Below, one piece after another: positions 48,448 to 62,216 of a DNA stretch of 64,000 nt. Position numbers and translations under genes: made by a program. This stretch comes from Schmidtea polychroa (taxonomy: Eukaryota): NCBI GenBank assembly GCA_044892525.1, contig CM097888.1, forward strand, positions 7,440,001 through 7,504,000. Reading direction: 5' to 3'. The number at the start of each line of letters is the position of its first letter. Position 1 is the first letter of the stretch. The notes under the pieces are model-generated. The model was not told the origin of the DNA. It saw nothing but the letters and a program-made list of their open reading frames with translations, and did not search any database.

Positions 48448-50976
48448 TAGGGCTTGCAATACCGGGATCCCGGTATTACCGACATTTTTAATACCGTTCA
48501 ATACCGGTATTAATGACCACTTAATACCGGTATCCGGTATTAATTTTTTTTGCTGTAAGTTAACATTCATATCATTTTTATTTTTTATAAGTAATTAGCA
48601 TATGTTTAGGTGTTGTCATGTTTAAAGATTAAATCTAATTTTGAAATTTACTGAAGTAATTTGTTTTTTTTACATTAAGAAAGAGCCTTTTTGTACGTTA
48701 ATTTTTCTAATACTAAAAAAATACTAAAAAAGACACAAATTCACATAGCAAGTCGTTTCTATGGGAAATTATTGTTTTCTATTTTTCCAAATTTTCAATA
48801 TTGAAGCTATGTTTTTTATTTTATAAAGAATAGTTAGTTAGTTCAGTTGTAAAGTTTTTGAAAATTTAGAGAATTGTGTTTATGTATAATATAAAAGTTA
48901 AAAAATATTTAAAATCATAATTATAATTAATAATCATTAATTCAATTGATAAATAGCAGATAGATAAAGGTAAGTTAAAAGTGTGAAAATTAATTATTGT
49001 ATAAGTAAAATTTTTATCTTCTATATATTTATATAGATAGCGGAGCTATCATAGCTCACTGCTGCGGGTTTTTTAAAAATTAAAAATAATAAATAATAAT
49101 AAAGAATAGCAAGATTTCTGCCGTTTTAATAAGTGGGTACAAATATTCAAAAAATTTTGTAATTTACTTAAAGTTAAAACGCTGTTTTTTTAGCCATGGA
49201 AAACTATGTTTTTGAGGGAAAATCAGCTGATGAAAATTCCGTATGGTTCTATTTTCTTCGTGAGAAAAAGGGACAAATTTCAAAATGTAAGAAGTGTAAC
49301 AAAGAAATAAAGACGCAAGGTAGTACAAGTGTGTTGCCCTCGTTGAAGAAAGGCTTAAATTATTCCAAGTTTCTTTAAATAAACACATTGTGTGCATTAC
49401 AACTGATGGTGCATCTTTCATGACCAAAGTTGGAAAGTTGATTTGTGCAAGGAAACAACTTTGCTTAGTTCACGGAATTCAATTGGCTGTCATTAAGGTT
49501 TTATATATAAATATGATACACCAAAATTTAGAAAATGAACATTCTAATTGTAACGAAAATGATATACAAGTATACCAGTATACAAGTGATGAAAATGATA
49601 GTGATCTTGATGATAATAGTTTTTCCATACTTCAAGAAAACAATGCAATTGACTGTTTAATTATTCATGAACAGATAGGTCCATTGATTAAAAAATAAGA
49701 AAGGTTGTGAAGCTATTCAGACGTTCGCCAATGAAAAATGATAAAGCTTTACAGAAACATGTTAAAGAACAATTTGGAAAGGAACTGAATTTAATTCTAG
49801 ATTCTAAAACACGTTGGAATAGCTTACTTGCCATGCTAAAACGCTTTGTCCAGTTAAAGAACTGCATACAAAAGGCTTTGATTGATTTAAATTTAAATGC
49901 CGAAATATCATTTTCGGAAATTGATTTTTCTTTAGCATCATCAGTTATTTCAGTTCTTCTTCCAATCAAATTAACTGTTGAAGCTTGTTGTCGTCAAGAT
50001 GCTACTCTTCTTAGCGCAGATGCAGCTTTACTATTTATGTTTAATCAATTGACAGAACAGAATACTGCTTTAAGTAATTAATTCAAAGAAGAGCTAATTA
50101 TTCGTATAAAACAAAGGCGTACTGATTTATCGAGTCTACTACAATACCTGCACAATCCTACTGAATCAGCAGATGACGACCAAAATGAAATTTTTAATCG
50201 AATTAACAACGCAACAATTATAAAAATAATTATAAATTTATTGGAACGCTTATATACTATCGATGTCATCGATATTGAAAACATAGGAGCCTCTTCCATC
50301 GACGTTTCTGAGATTTTCTGCTGATTCTGAGCCAGAAATTCTAAGTTCGATGACAATGAAAGAAAAACTAGAAATGGCAATTTCCAAGAAAGTTAATGTG
50401 ATGAATTTCAAAAACGATGAATTCTAAAATACTTTATAAAGTTATAAAACAGGAACTAGCATACTTCGAAGTAGAATATATTAGAGGAAAATATCTTCAA
50501 CTAGTATATGACTGCCTTATGTCCATACCACCAACTAGCGTCGAGTCCAAAAGAGCCTTTTCAGTAGCAGGGCTGTTGTGCACAAAAATTCGATCCAGCT
50601 TAAGCGACAAAACTCTTGATAGTTTAACATTGTTGAGGGCATATTTTAAAGGCAAATCACAACAATAGGAGTCCTATTATAGGACATAGGACTTATTATT
50701 CTTATATATTATTAATTATATTATTACTCTTTTTTTATTTTATATTTTTTTTGTCTTTTGTGGCACTTTAAAAAAAAAGTTTATTGTTTCGAATTATTCA
50801 TTATTGAATTAAATATTTTATTTTCTTTATAAATATTTTTTTTCTATTTTTTGCGGTGTAGTTTTGCTTTTTTTGTTTTTTCTTAAATACCGGTATTAAT
50901 ACCGGGATCCCGGTATTAATATAATGAAATACCGAAATACCGGTTTTGAAAATTTGATCCGGTATTGCAAGCCCTA
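48448..50976 (+). mobile_element. hAT DNA transposon with intact ends
   Basis: Perfect 18-bp TIR TAGGGCTTGCAATACCGG, 8-bp TSD GTTAGAAT/GTTAAAAT (7/8), subterminal ACCGGGATCCCGGT palindromes at both ends. Confidence 0.95.
49196..50668 (+). pseudogene. hAT transposase, deleted and frameshifted
   Basis: BED finger (VWFYF...KCKKC), ITTDGAS, CLVH, DSKTRWNS and SIPPTSVESKRAFS across several frames. Confidence 0.92.
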
Positions 50977-51079
50977 GTTAAAATTAATAATCATCTAATT
51001 TGGCATGCTTGAATTTAATAACTTTTCTTAACACATTTAACCAAATTTAATTTTTTAATTTACAAATATTTATAAATAG

Positions 51080-52078
51080 TGTTGAGATTTTAAAAGTAAA
51101 TTATTAAATTATATAGTTCAGATTAAAAGGAAAACGGAAATCGAATAGCGGTCAAGCAGAGAAGTAATGGCAAAGAAAGATGGGATAAAAACAGAACTAT
51201 AAAAGGGTAGAATCAGTCAGGAAATGGAAAAATGCGCAAACATGAGGAAGTGGAATAAAGTGAAAAAAATATCGAAATTGAAGCTGGAAAACGGGAGAGG
51301 GGTAGATTAGGGGATGGTGAAGACAGTGAGCTAGAAATTGTTAGAAAATGTTTAGAAAGGGTCGTAAAATAGGCAAATATGAAGAAACGCAAAATATTAA
51401 TTAATTAATTGGCTAATGGGAAACCCGAGCTAATGGGAAGCCCGAGCCAATGGAGAACCCGAGAGATGAATGAAACCCGAGCACGGCAATTTGGTAGGAT
51501 AAACAAACAAGGAATTCAGAGGGCAATTATACAAACAGCCGGGTAAACGAGAGTAAACAAAACAAGGGGAATTACGAAGAGGGTCAACAGAAATAGCTAA
51601 ATAGATAATGATAACTAAGGAAGTCAAAACCAATTAGGTCAAAAATGGGGAAATTACAACGATTATGGGAGTATATAAGGAAACTCCAAATTCACATAAT
51701 CGGCAGTAGCCTTAGGTAGGGAAGAAGAAATTGACAATAGGAGTTCAAGGAATAAAATAAAAGAAAAAGAATAAATAAAGAAAAAAGAAATAAGAGGAAT
51801 TGAAGAGTGAGAAAAGGAATATTAAGAGTTCGGATCAGAGAGCGGAATCAAATAAAAAGGTGAAACTTATTTTTAAATCGTTCAAGGTCGAGACCTTCCA
51901 GAGCGGAGTTCGATCGGAAATTGTGAGAAAATTGTGGTTAACTAAAAGTGTAGTTATTTATTGAGAATTGTAAATTTTCTATAAAACAAATATACGTTTG
52001 AAGTTGTGTTTATTAATTTTTGGAACACGTGGAGTCAGAGTAACCAACGGTTGATTTTCGGTATCAAAGAACCCAACA
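51080..52078 (+). mobile_element. Solo LTR (family 2), 999 bp
   Basis: TGTTGAG...CCCAACA, flanks ATAG/GTAG; internal 17-18 bp tandem repeats at about 51411-51485; GAGTCAGA motif near the 3' end. Confidence 0.75.
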
Positions 52079-52174
52079 GTAGTAATAAAAAATGTGAGCA
52101 GTAAAAATGGCAATTTCACTTTTCAGTTCGAAGACTGCAAAGAAATTTAAAATTTAAAATATCTTATTGTAAAA

Positions 52175-53330
52175 TTATGTAAAAAAATTTGCAACCCTTT
52201 CTGAATTAGTTCGCGACTTCTTGTTTGGAAACCTCTGAATTAGAGTAACTAAAATTCTAAAGTAGACATTTACCCGATCTTTAATACTTTCAATGCATTT
52301 AACGTAGTCTTGATAGATTGATTCCAATGGTTGGTTTTTCATTACACATATCTCATTCCATGGATGCTTTAAGGCACTGATTATGTTCATTCGGGATTTA
52401 GGATCTGCTATCAACAGGTGGTTTAGAAAATCCTTTGAAGAATTGCTAGTGGAGTCGCAATTGAAATTATAGGAATAATTGGCAGTGATAACTGCTCGGT
52501 AGAGTTCTGTAGTTTTCTCTCGATAAAAAGGCTCATATCCGCAAAGTCTGGTCATTGTAGTTTTATCATTGATAAACAGTGAAAAGAAATTTTACAAAAT
52601 GAAAATGCAGAGCCCTATTGCCCACATATCGAGTGCAAATGTTCGAATTTGTGACAGAAGTACCTCAGGTGGACACAGCGAAGGCAATGCGATTATTGAC
52701 AGTCTGTATATATCGTAATGCATAATTGTTGATTGGATATGGTCGCCTACATAAACAGTTGTCAAAAATAGTATGAGTTGTCAGTTTTATGAATTTACAT
52801 ATTTTTAAAATAAGATTTCCTTCTCCCGTATCAATGATGATGAGATTCTCTGACTTAATGTTTCCATGGATGATATTAAATTCGTGAAGATATCTAACGC
52901 CGGATAGAATCTGTTTAGTTATTCGACCTACTTTACTTTCTGTATAAGAACCACAGTTTTTGAAACTTTAAAAAAATTATTAAAAATAAGAAATTTTTGC
53001 AATCTTTGGTAAATATTCGACTCACTGATTAAATAATTCTTCGCCCGTTAAATGCTCGCGTATTACATTGATGTGTGTCCATGTCTCAAACACTTCTACA
53101 ACTCGCATCTGGTAGTTNNNNNNNNNNNNNNNNNNNNNNNNNNNNNNNNNNNNNNNNNNNNNNNNNNNNNNNNNNNNNNNNNNNNNNNNNNNNNNNNNNN
53201 NNNNNNNNNNNNNNNNNNNNNNNNNNNNNNNNNNNNNNNNNNNNNNNNNNNNNCAGATTTGACCTGTTTGATGCACCTATTATGATTGTCTGGTTTGATA
53301 ACCCCTTCATACATAGCAAATCCGAATACT
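52175..53330 (-). CDS. CaMK-family protein kinase-like gene (probable pseudokinase), 5' part incomplete and spanning an N gap
   Basis: Exons 53117-53026, 52965-52799, 52746-52596 and 52547-52175 join via 60, 52 and 48 nt GT-AG introns into ...QILSGVRYLHEFNIIHGNIKSENL...KICDHI...PPEVL...DMWAIG..IFILLCGYEPFY...ALKHPW. Confidence 0.85.
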
Positions 53331-54795
53331 CCTTACAATATTTTGCATAAGTATTATATCAGAAATACTTAAATTTTATTTTAACTATTTATTTTATGGG
53401 GCGCATTTCTATAGAGTTGAAAATATCGCAGGAGCACAATCATAAATGTTTCTGCTTCGACGGAAATTAGCATGATTGGTATACACTAAAGGGCATTAAT
53501 TACGGTATGTTTAACCATAAATTAAGGTAAAGGCATAATTAATTAATATTTTAAAAAAGCTACTTGCGATAGGAACAAAAATTAAGGGCATTTATTATAG
53601 AAAGCAGGAAAATAATTACCGATAATTATTGTATATGCCAGGAAAAAGCCTCGAAAAACGTATTTTATAATCGAAATATTAAAGTTAATTATTTTTAAAT
53701 AATCAGAAACTGACAAAGAAAAGATTGATCGAAGTCACGGAATAATGAGAAAATTATTGCAATCACTTCAAAATAAAATTTTCCGAAATTATTTATAATT
53801 GAAAACATTTTAGAATAGCTTCAAAAATGTGTTTAAATGACAATTTAATATATCTTACCTTTTTTGAAAATTAATAATAAATGCAATGAAATTTATAATA
53901 AATACGAAATATTAATTTTAATAAAAATATGAAAAATATTTTTATAAAACTTTAGAAAAGTGTAAATTTAATGAAAAAAATAACTTGTAACTTACCATTT
54001 GCCCATACTATTTGTTTTTCTTGCATATAATTTATTTAAACTTTGATGTACACAAATTAAATGTGCTGTATGTGCGCAGGGTCTTGGCTCTTTTACTAAT
54101 GTGCGATTACTTCTTTTTTCATTATGTTAAGGTGTGTGGCGGTCTCTAGTAGAATTTATCGAATTTTTGTTTTTTTTTAAAGAAGCTTTGAATTTATAAT
54201 AATTTTATTATGTTTTGGATATTATTTAAATTGGAATAAATTTAGGTATTTTAAATGCTATTAGTTCAATTACAAGATAAAAATGAAAGAAAATGTGGTC
54301 AGAAATAATAAATTTACCTTTATCAAATCGACTTACTTAAATATTAATGTAGGTGTAACCAATATCTGATGAGATAAGATCTTATGTTAATTAATCAAGT
54401 TATGGTAATGGAAGTACTAACAAGTAGCAACATGTGTCTAGTGGCGGTCCTCGTGGAAGGATGGGGGCGAGCAAAAGAAGCTTTCATTGTGTTACAGTCG
54501 TTTACAAAAAATAAATAATGAAAACTCAATTTGAAAAACGATAATACTGCTTAAAAAGAATTTATACTGTAAATATTTTAGTAGAGAAATTGCCTCGTAC
54601 AATATTGTAAAATATTTTTATGAAATCAGCGTTGTTTTGGCAAGCCATCATCGAAGGGACACATTTTACCTAGATTCTAAGATAAGATAATTTGAAACAA
54701 TATAATAAACATCGTTTGTTGCCAAGTTACCAAGACACGAATGTCTTTAGTTTTAGTAAACCAAACCAAATGTGTGAAAATAATTTACATTGGAA

Positions 54796-54799
<4 letters not shown>

Positions 54800-54878
<79 letters not shown>
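54800..54878. repeat. (TA)n microsatellite
   Basis: Pure TA run. Confidence 0.95.
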
Positions 54879-54882
<4 letters not shown>

Positions 54883-55043
54883 TAATTCCTCATAAAAAAA
54901 CTGCGTCACTTTGTACGAATCGAATCTAGTTCGATTACAGATCCCAAAGAGGACTTTAAAATAAGTTTCTGTTACAACTTTAGATCACATAAGCAAAGAA
55001 ATTAAAGAAATTGATAACGTCGCTTTATTTAAATCTTGTAGGG

Positions 55044-55356
55044 CCTTGGTTATCAAACTTTTTGAAGTCGGGGAACACTGAACTCTGATTTATTTTTAGG
55101 CGGAACATCTACAATACAACAATACAGTTTGTGGAATCTACAATCGGCTTAAGCAGAATTTTGATAACTGAAATAATATTTTATGTTTCCAAGAAGTAAT
55201 TTTAACTCGAAAGATGTTTTTATTCATAAAAACCCGAATGGTACGTGTAAATTTTACATTGAATTGATTCTTATTTAATTTCTAATTGAATTGTACATTT
55301 GATTTTTTTGCGGAACACTTGAAAATTCATTGCGGAACACGATTTGAGAACCAAGG
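55044..55356. mobile_element. hAT-type MITE
   Basis: TIR CCTTGGTT(A/C)TCAAA, 8-bp flanks TTGTAGGG/GTGTAGAG (6/8), internal GGAACAC repeats. Confidence 0.65.
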
Positions 55357-55466
55357 GTGTAGAGAACTGGTTATAAAATTAATGTCGAGCAAAAATAATG
55401 TTTTTTAAAGAGATTTAGATGGTACTCAGTTATATAATGAAATACGGTCATATTGAGAAAGATTTG

Positions 55467-55563
55467 GATATGTGCAAGAGGGAGCCTATGGGATATGTGC
55501 AAGAGGGAGTCCGTGAGATATGTGAATGAGGGAGTGCATTAGATATGTGTAAGAGGGAGCTCA
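55467..55563. repeat. 25-bp minisatellite x4
   Basis: GATATGTG..GAGGGAG unit at 55467, 55492, 55517 and 55542. Confidence 0.85.
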
Positions 55564-56779
55564 TTGGAATGTAGAAGTAGTAGTATTTTCCTATCGAAAT
55601 TTTCGGATAAACTCAGAGGATCAACTAGTATGATTTCATAGGGACATTTCAATCCAGAAAGCATAATCGCTTGATATTGAACAGTGTCGTAAATGTTCAA
55701 AATATGATTCAAAACTGGATCCAAAATTCCTGCTAATTCGATTTCGATTGAGGAATTATGTAATTTACATAGCTGATGAAGTAACGACAATCTGTGATTT
55801 ACTATCAAATGTGATCCATTTCGCAATGAACTCGTTTTCGGTGATTCTTCTTATTCGAATCTCGATATAAATGCAAATCAATTGGACCGGATTTTATGAT
55901 TTCTCTGTTGATTTTCGATTCCTTTTCCACTTTAAAAAGCAACTCGGAATTTTCAGTTATTAGAATAAATACAATTTCATAAACGGTTTCCGCTTCCAAA
56001 TACCGGTTTTCCAACAATCCACCTTTGCTTTGAATCAAATCGAATATATTTTGGACTTTTCGTAGATTGTCTCACTTCGATATCCCTGAGAAGTGCTGAT
56101 AATTATATGAGAAAACTTCATAATGTGTTTCTTTTCAAGAATGTTTTCCAACAGTTTGGATCCTTCAAATGCTCAAATTTCTCTAGCTTCATGGAAAATT
56201 GCCTCCCAATAATTCATCGATATCCAAAGCGTCCATGTTCTTAACTGAACTTATAGAACTTATAAATATCGCTTTTCATGCAATCTGCTCAGTACACTGT
56301 GACAAGTGTACAATCCCACACGTCGTTGGAATCCTCGATTCAAACTGTTTTAATAGTCTGAATAAAGAATCCAAGATATTTGACTGATCCTTGGGGAATA
56401 ATTTCCGGTAATTTATTTAGAAAACTTGTTTGTTCAATGTTATCAGTCTCCTTTGGAATTTAATGATAATTAGTTCTAATGTAAATTGTTGACTTCGATA
56501 ACTTGATAATAATATTTTGAAGAATTTAAGTCAAAAAATCGTTTACTGACTAATTCATCAGTAGCACATCCAACAAATAATAAATATTTACATATAAATA
56601 GAAATATATTAATCTTTCTTGGTGAATAAATAATAATTAATTAAATGTTCCTACCCCTTCCCGATTTGACTAATATTTGGACTGGATAAGCTTATTTTAT
56701 TTATTCCTCATGAAAATGATTTTTAAATATGCACATAAATTACTGTGATGATCCAACGATTGAAATGTAATTGAAATTG

Positions 56780-58023
56780 AACTAATTTTGGTCTTTCAGA
56801 AATGAAAGGTTCAAAACTCCTGATGACAACGTTATCGCATTCTTATGCGACAAGGGGTTAGGTCCTCTTAAACGGTCTGATTAGTAGTTCCTTTTATAAT
56901 TAAATTAATCTTGTTAATATATATTATTATTTAACATACTCTTTTCTATTTACAAAAGAATTTTTTTGAATGGTTTTTGGAATTATTATTTTTAATTGTA
57001 TTTTGTTGTTTAATTAAATTAATTTTTTGTTTAACAATATAATTACTCGAGAATATGCGGGTAGACGGTAAAAAAGCTAAGGACCCGAATAAAGAAGCTT
57101 GGGGTCGATGCTGAGAAATGGATCACTTCTGGTTTAATTACGAGGACATGAAACATTTACAACAAATACAGCAATTACAAACCCAGATTGACCAGGATCA
57201 AGTAGAGTTAAGAGCACTGAAGATAAAGATGAGACAAATAGAGACCCAGATCCACTAGCGGGAGATTGATACTTATGTTGATGAATCAGATTGTGCCTCT
57301 AACACAGACAGAGCTTGCTCACGCGAGGTGCTCAAACTGTCGAGTGGCGGAACCAGAACGAAAAATGACCATATTAGGCCGTAGTTGTAAACCCCGGAAA
57401 GATGTGCGCGCAGAGGCTCAAATCCTGATATATTCTAATATTATAAATGTGTTATTGAAATGAAATAGTTTAGTTAGTCTTACGATACACATATTTATAA
57501 ACTCGTATAATCTATAAAAATGCATGATAATCGATGAATACTAACATTTAGCACGAACAGAACTGTAATCCCTACAACGGGAGCATTGGATTGCCGGGGA
57601 GTTGACGAAAGAAGTGAATTTAAGACTAAGGCGTCTCCGAGAACCGGCGGGTAGTAGAAATGGAATATCGATAGAACTCACATTCTGTATGTTATAATTT
57701 AGCAAATAAAGTTTATTTAGCGATTACTTTTCTTAATCAGTCGAGTATTTTAGAAAAATGGGTTAATCAATAGGGGACCAAAATTAAAGACAGACAAATA
57801 CCTTCTAACGGTGCTACGTGAAACCACTCAAATACTAAACGATTATAGTGTACAATAGTATGCTCATTTTCGCGAGTATTCACCCATTCGACACAGTTCC
57901 AATTTTGATTTTGTCAACGGGTTTCGTATGGTATATTGTATTCTGGGTTACGCTGGAAACAGCACAAAGTGATTCTATTCAATTATTCTTGTCAACTTGA
58001 AAGCTTTGCTAACTAGTAAACAG
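56780..58023 (+). mobile_element. Truncated LTR-like element (copy E5) with decayed coiled-coil ORF (about 57055-57380)
   Basis: DHFWFNYEDMKHLQQIQQLQTQIDQDQVELRALK aligns with the E4 ORF; 57860-57967 is the reverse complement of the 3' motif at 14465-14620 and 37362-37505. Confidence 0.65.
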
Positions 58024-59272
58024 AATATTTAGAAATATTTTAATAAAGTATTCTGTAAATGTAAGGACAAATAATATGAAATAATTGTCTGAAAAAATGT
58101 TCATGGAAAAATATTTTCATTAGCTTTCGCTTATATTAAAATAAAGACTGAATGTGACAGTTAATAAACAATACGATGATATCAATAAATGAAAAATAAT
58201 ACAAAAGAGCTTGTCAAAATATATTACTGATTAATAGTTATTTATAAAACATTTTATTTAAAGTTTACAAATGTAACAATAAACCTCAATATTTAACGGT
58301 TGACCTAATTTATTTACACCAACAAATTGCTTACCAAGTTTCTGTCATTTAATTTCAAAAAAATCCCAATATCATTATTTTCAGGGCAATATCCAATCTA
58401 AATAAAATTTTAATAAAATTTTGTTTTTCAAAGAATTTCAACCTTTTTCTTCATTACATTTACCGCAAAAGATTTGCGAGTCGTTCTGTTATAACAGGCT
58501 GATACTACTGACAATGCTCCTCTTGAAAATAAATAAGAATTTTAATCAATTGACTCAATTCAGAAGAGAATAGTAAAATTACTCAACTTGAAATGGGCAT
58601 CTAAAAATCTCATTGTTAAAATAAAATTAACAAGACAACGAGAAAACCTGAAAATTTCATGTCCAATGTCATAAATCTCTTCAACATTTTGATTTTTAAT
58701 GCTGTCCTTAATCCAATAACAATCCATTTATTTATTACCCCGTTTAACCTTGAATATTTTATTAACGATTCAAATAAACAATTTATCATTGTTTAAATTT
58801 TTCAAATCAGTTACAATTTTATAATGAAAATAATGAAAAAATAGAAATTCAAATTTAAAGATCCATATATATTTCATTAATTTCGATATAAATGAATTCA
58901 TTGTATCCAATCTTTTGTGATGTTTGTCTAAGTGTAACTGGATAAAAGTCATCTCATTATGCAAGTGATATTTTTGAATCAGTTTATAGATACAAGAAAT
59001 TATTTTTCAAAGTGTCAGTAAAATAATGATCGGAATGAAGCTCGTAATGATGCTGGACTGGAACTTATCGAGTTTTAAATTTATTTAAACACGTTGAAAG
59101 AAAAACGTACATACATTTCGCACCAAGTCAATTTAAACTCCAATATAAGACATTAAATAAAACAAAATTAACCTAAACAAATCTTGAGGTTCATTTAACA
59201 ACTTATCTATTGCAATTTCAATTTAAATTCAATAAATTTAAATAAAAATTGAAACAAATCTGCCTATTAATA

Positions 59273-59731
59273 ATCCTTTTTAAAGACCTACCAGTGAAAG
59301 TGGATGAGAATGAGTGCCAAATCAATATCCAGTTATCCAGTCTGGTAATCAAAAGAGAATCTGGTGTTAAAATCGCTGGTTTCGTGCTAGCAGAAATAAA
59401 ACTTAAGTTATATTGTGGAAGAATTAGGCTTCAAATTAGTCATGGTTCAAATTGTGTTTAGATAGACCTTTCAATGGTAGCCTGTGAAACCGAGGTGCTT
59501 CCGGACAATTGTAATCCTGAAGTAGAAGCTCACTTTTTATGGACGATGGTTTCCTCATGTCATAGTTCCAATTTTGACCCACGACAGGTGTCGGATATGA
59601 CAATCTCATATGCTATGGTGATGTGGCAACAAAGTTTAGGCAATCTCTGGAAGTCGGTTTTTAAACGAGAAATTCTCGTAGATAACACAGTTGTGCTATC
59701 GAACGATTACAACAAATTTTTCACGTCTTAA
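59273..59731 (+). other. About 150-codon frame of unknown product split by one TAG (59459)
   Basis: Track ORFs 59249-59461 and 59474-59731 are in the same frame; no recognisable domain. Confidence 0.35.
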
Positions 59732-60244
59732 ATTTTTCTAAAATTTTAAATTCTTTATTGATTATTTTAAAACTTAAAAAAATTATTCTTTCGCAAATAT
59801 TTTCCTACTCAATTTCTTAAAATTTTCAGTGCAACAATTTTTCTTTAATTTGAGCTTATCGGACGATTTTTGACACGGCTTATGTGTCATTGAAACTTCC
59901 TCGGCCTTATGAGATTAAATCCCAACAAATACGTTATATAAAAAATTTGATTTGCCAACTATATCCGCAAAACTAATAAATTGAGTTATATCATAAAGCA
60001 TTAGAGAAATTATTTAGAAAAATTATTTCAAAAAATTATATCAAAAAATTAATATTTTATTTTTCAAAAACAGTATAATTTGTTGATAGTAATTAAATCT
60101 AATAAAAATTTTAATGTATACCAGTTTGTTTAAATTTGTGGTAAATGTTTAGTTGCTTTATAAATTTTTAAATAAGAATTTTATTTTTATTTGTTAATTT
60201 GTTAATTACAAAATTTTGTCATTTAAAGTTTGCTAATTTTAGAA

Positions 60245-60712
60245 ATGGGATCCGCTGCACAAAGACGCTTAATTAGAGACCTGAAACGTCTTCAGGACGA
60301 TCCACCAGCTGGTGTATGTGGTGCTCCAATTGATGACAATATCATGTACTGGAATGCAGTTATTTTTGGTCCAGATGGAACTCCATTTGAAGATGGGACT
60401 TTTAATTTGAGATTAGAGTTTTCAGAAGAATATCCAAATAAACCACCTCGAGTAGTGTTTACCTCTAAAATGTTCCACCCTAATGTATATGCGGATGGAA
60501 GTATTTGTCTTGATATTCTTGGAAATACCTGGAGTCCCACATATGACGTAATTGCTATACTTACATCAATTCAATCACTATTAGATGAACCAAATCCAAA
60601 TTCTCCAGCAAATAGTGTTGCTGCTCAATTATATACAGAAAATAGGAGAGAATATGAAAAGCGTGTTAAAGAATGTGTTGAAGAAAGCTGGTTGGAGAAA
60701 GATGATCTCTAA
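60245..60712 (+). CDS. UBE2A: Ubiquitin-conjugating enzyme E2, RAD6/UBE2A orthologue (155 aa)
   Basis: [17 protein letters not shown]...GTPFEDGTF...YPNKPP...[16 protein letters not shown]...[10 protein letters not shown]; catalytic Cys intact; ATG at 60245; no coding introns. Confidence 0.97.
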   Translation: MGSAAQRRLIRDLKRLQDDPPAGVCGAPIDDNIMYWNAVIFGPDGTPFEDGTFNLRLEFSEEYPNKPPRVVFTSKMFHPNVYADGSICLDILGNTWSPTYDVIAILTSIQSLLDEPNPNSPANSVAAQLYTENRREYEKRVKECVEESWLEKDDL

Positions 60713-62216
60713 TAGCGCGACAATTTCAATTTGAATATAAATCTAAAAAAACAATGTATATTGAAATACTGTTAATTTCTACTTACAGATTATTTAAGAT
60801 GGTTTTCTTTTTCGTTACATAAATTATTGTCGTGTTTCAATTAATTATCGGTTTTAATAAAAATTTAACATTATAATTTTGTAGTTTGTAATTTTAGTTT
60901 CACAAATATAATTTTCATTGCAGCACTGACATTGCTTTGTATGTTTTATTTCCCATGATGTTCGTTGAAGTCATTGTGTAGATCAGCTGTGCTCTATCAA
61001 TCTATTTATCAAATAGTGTTATGTACTTTCTTATTTCAATTAAATATTATTATGTTCCATTATATTTCTTTAATGTCTTTTTCTCGTTCAATTTTGCTTA
61101 GTTATGCAACTATTGTTTTTGTTGAAATTATTGTTCAGAATTTGTACTGTAGAATTTTCATTTTCTTGTCGGATATTTTGCAAACTTGACATCGTAACTA
61201 TGTGCTGCTAGTTCATTTTCAATATTGACTGAAAACATCACATAAAATCAATGAAAAATTTAACAAATATAATATATAATCAATTGTAATTCTAGTATTC
61301 CACGTGTTGACTTATATAGAGTACATAATAGAATCTAATCTACGTCTCATACTTGAGAAATTATTACATCAATTTTGTTATTTTTAAAGGATAAATTAAA
61401 AAGTAATTAATTATGTAAAAGAAAAAAATTACTGAGTTGAATTTACATTATATCCCATCAGGGATTGAGAATAGAAAATTTAATTATAACGAAATATTTA
61501 TAAAAAATATTGATTAATTAATTATTATTGAATTATTGCTCAGGAATTAGTAATTTTACATAAATTGAAATTTTATCTAAGACTACATTTATTTAGAAAA
61601 TCTGAAAACCTTTAGCTTTACATTTGACCTACATAAATTAATTATCATTACTCACCTACTTATTTGTAACATTTTTCCATGTAGTTTTCATATTAGCATT
61701 CATAAGTAATTTTGTAACTACATTTTGCAAATTGAAACATTTTTCTGGTTTCAAAATGATTTTTTTTTTACTTAAACTTAGTAATTTTGATTCAGTTACT
61801 GCATGTTCCTGTGGTGCACTATTTTGTTTGTGGGAATTTTGGGAGAGGAGTAAGCAGTATTTGTTGAACAAATAAAACTATTTATAATGCAAATTAGGTG
61901 ATTATAAAAACTCATTTCAAGAATAAAGTTTAGTTTTCATTTTACAAAGCTCTTTTTCAAACAAATATTCCACTAAACCTTCATTTAGGTTGTGAAATTG
62001 ACAGATCTGTGGATAGGAAATCTCAGCCGTAAAATCCAAACAAATGAGAAAAGTTTGCAATTGATACTATAATCATGCTACGCGATAACTGGATAAAAGT
62101 GATCCAGGCCAGGCACTTCACTACTCACCATACATAATTGAGGGGTTATTCCTTTTAATTATGTCGGAGTTATACAAAAATATAAATTGAAATGTAAATT
62201 GTTAAAGATTAATAAA

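Noticed and set aside
31622-59461. Stop-codon reassignment (TAA/TAG read as sense), suggested by several frames broken by single in-frame stops
   Set aside because: UBE2A, NUDT6 and the kinase end in TAA and, like the 340-codon transposase, contain no internal TAA/TAG; Gln is encoded by CAR. The stops align to different residues (Leu, Trp, Gln), as expected for decay.
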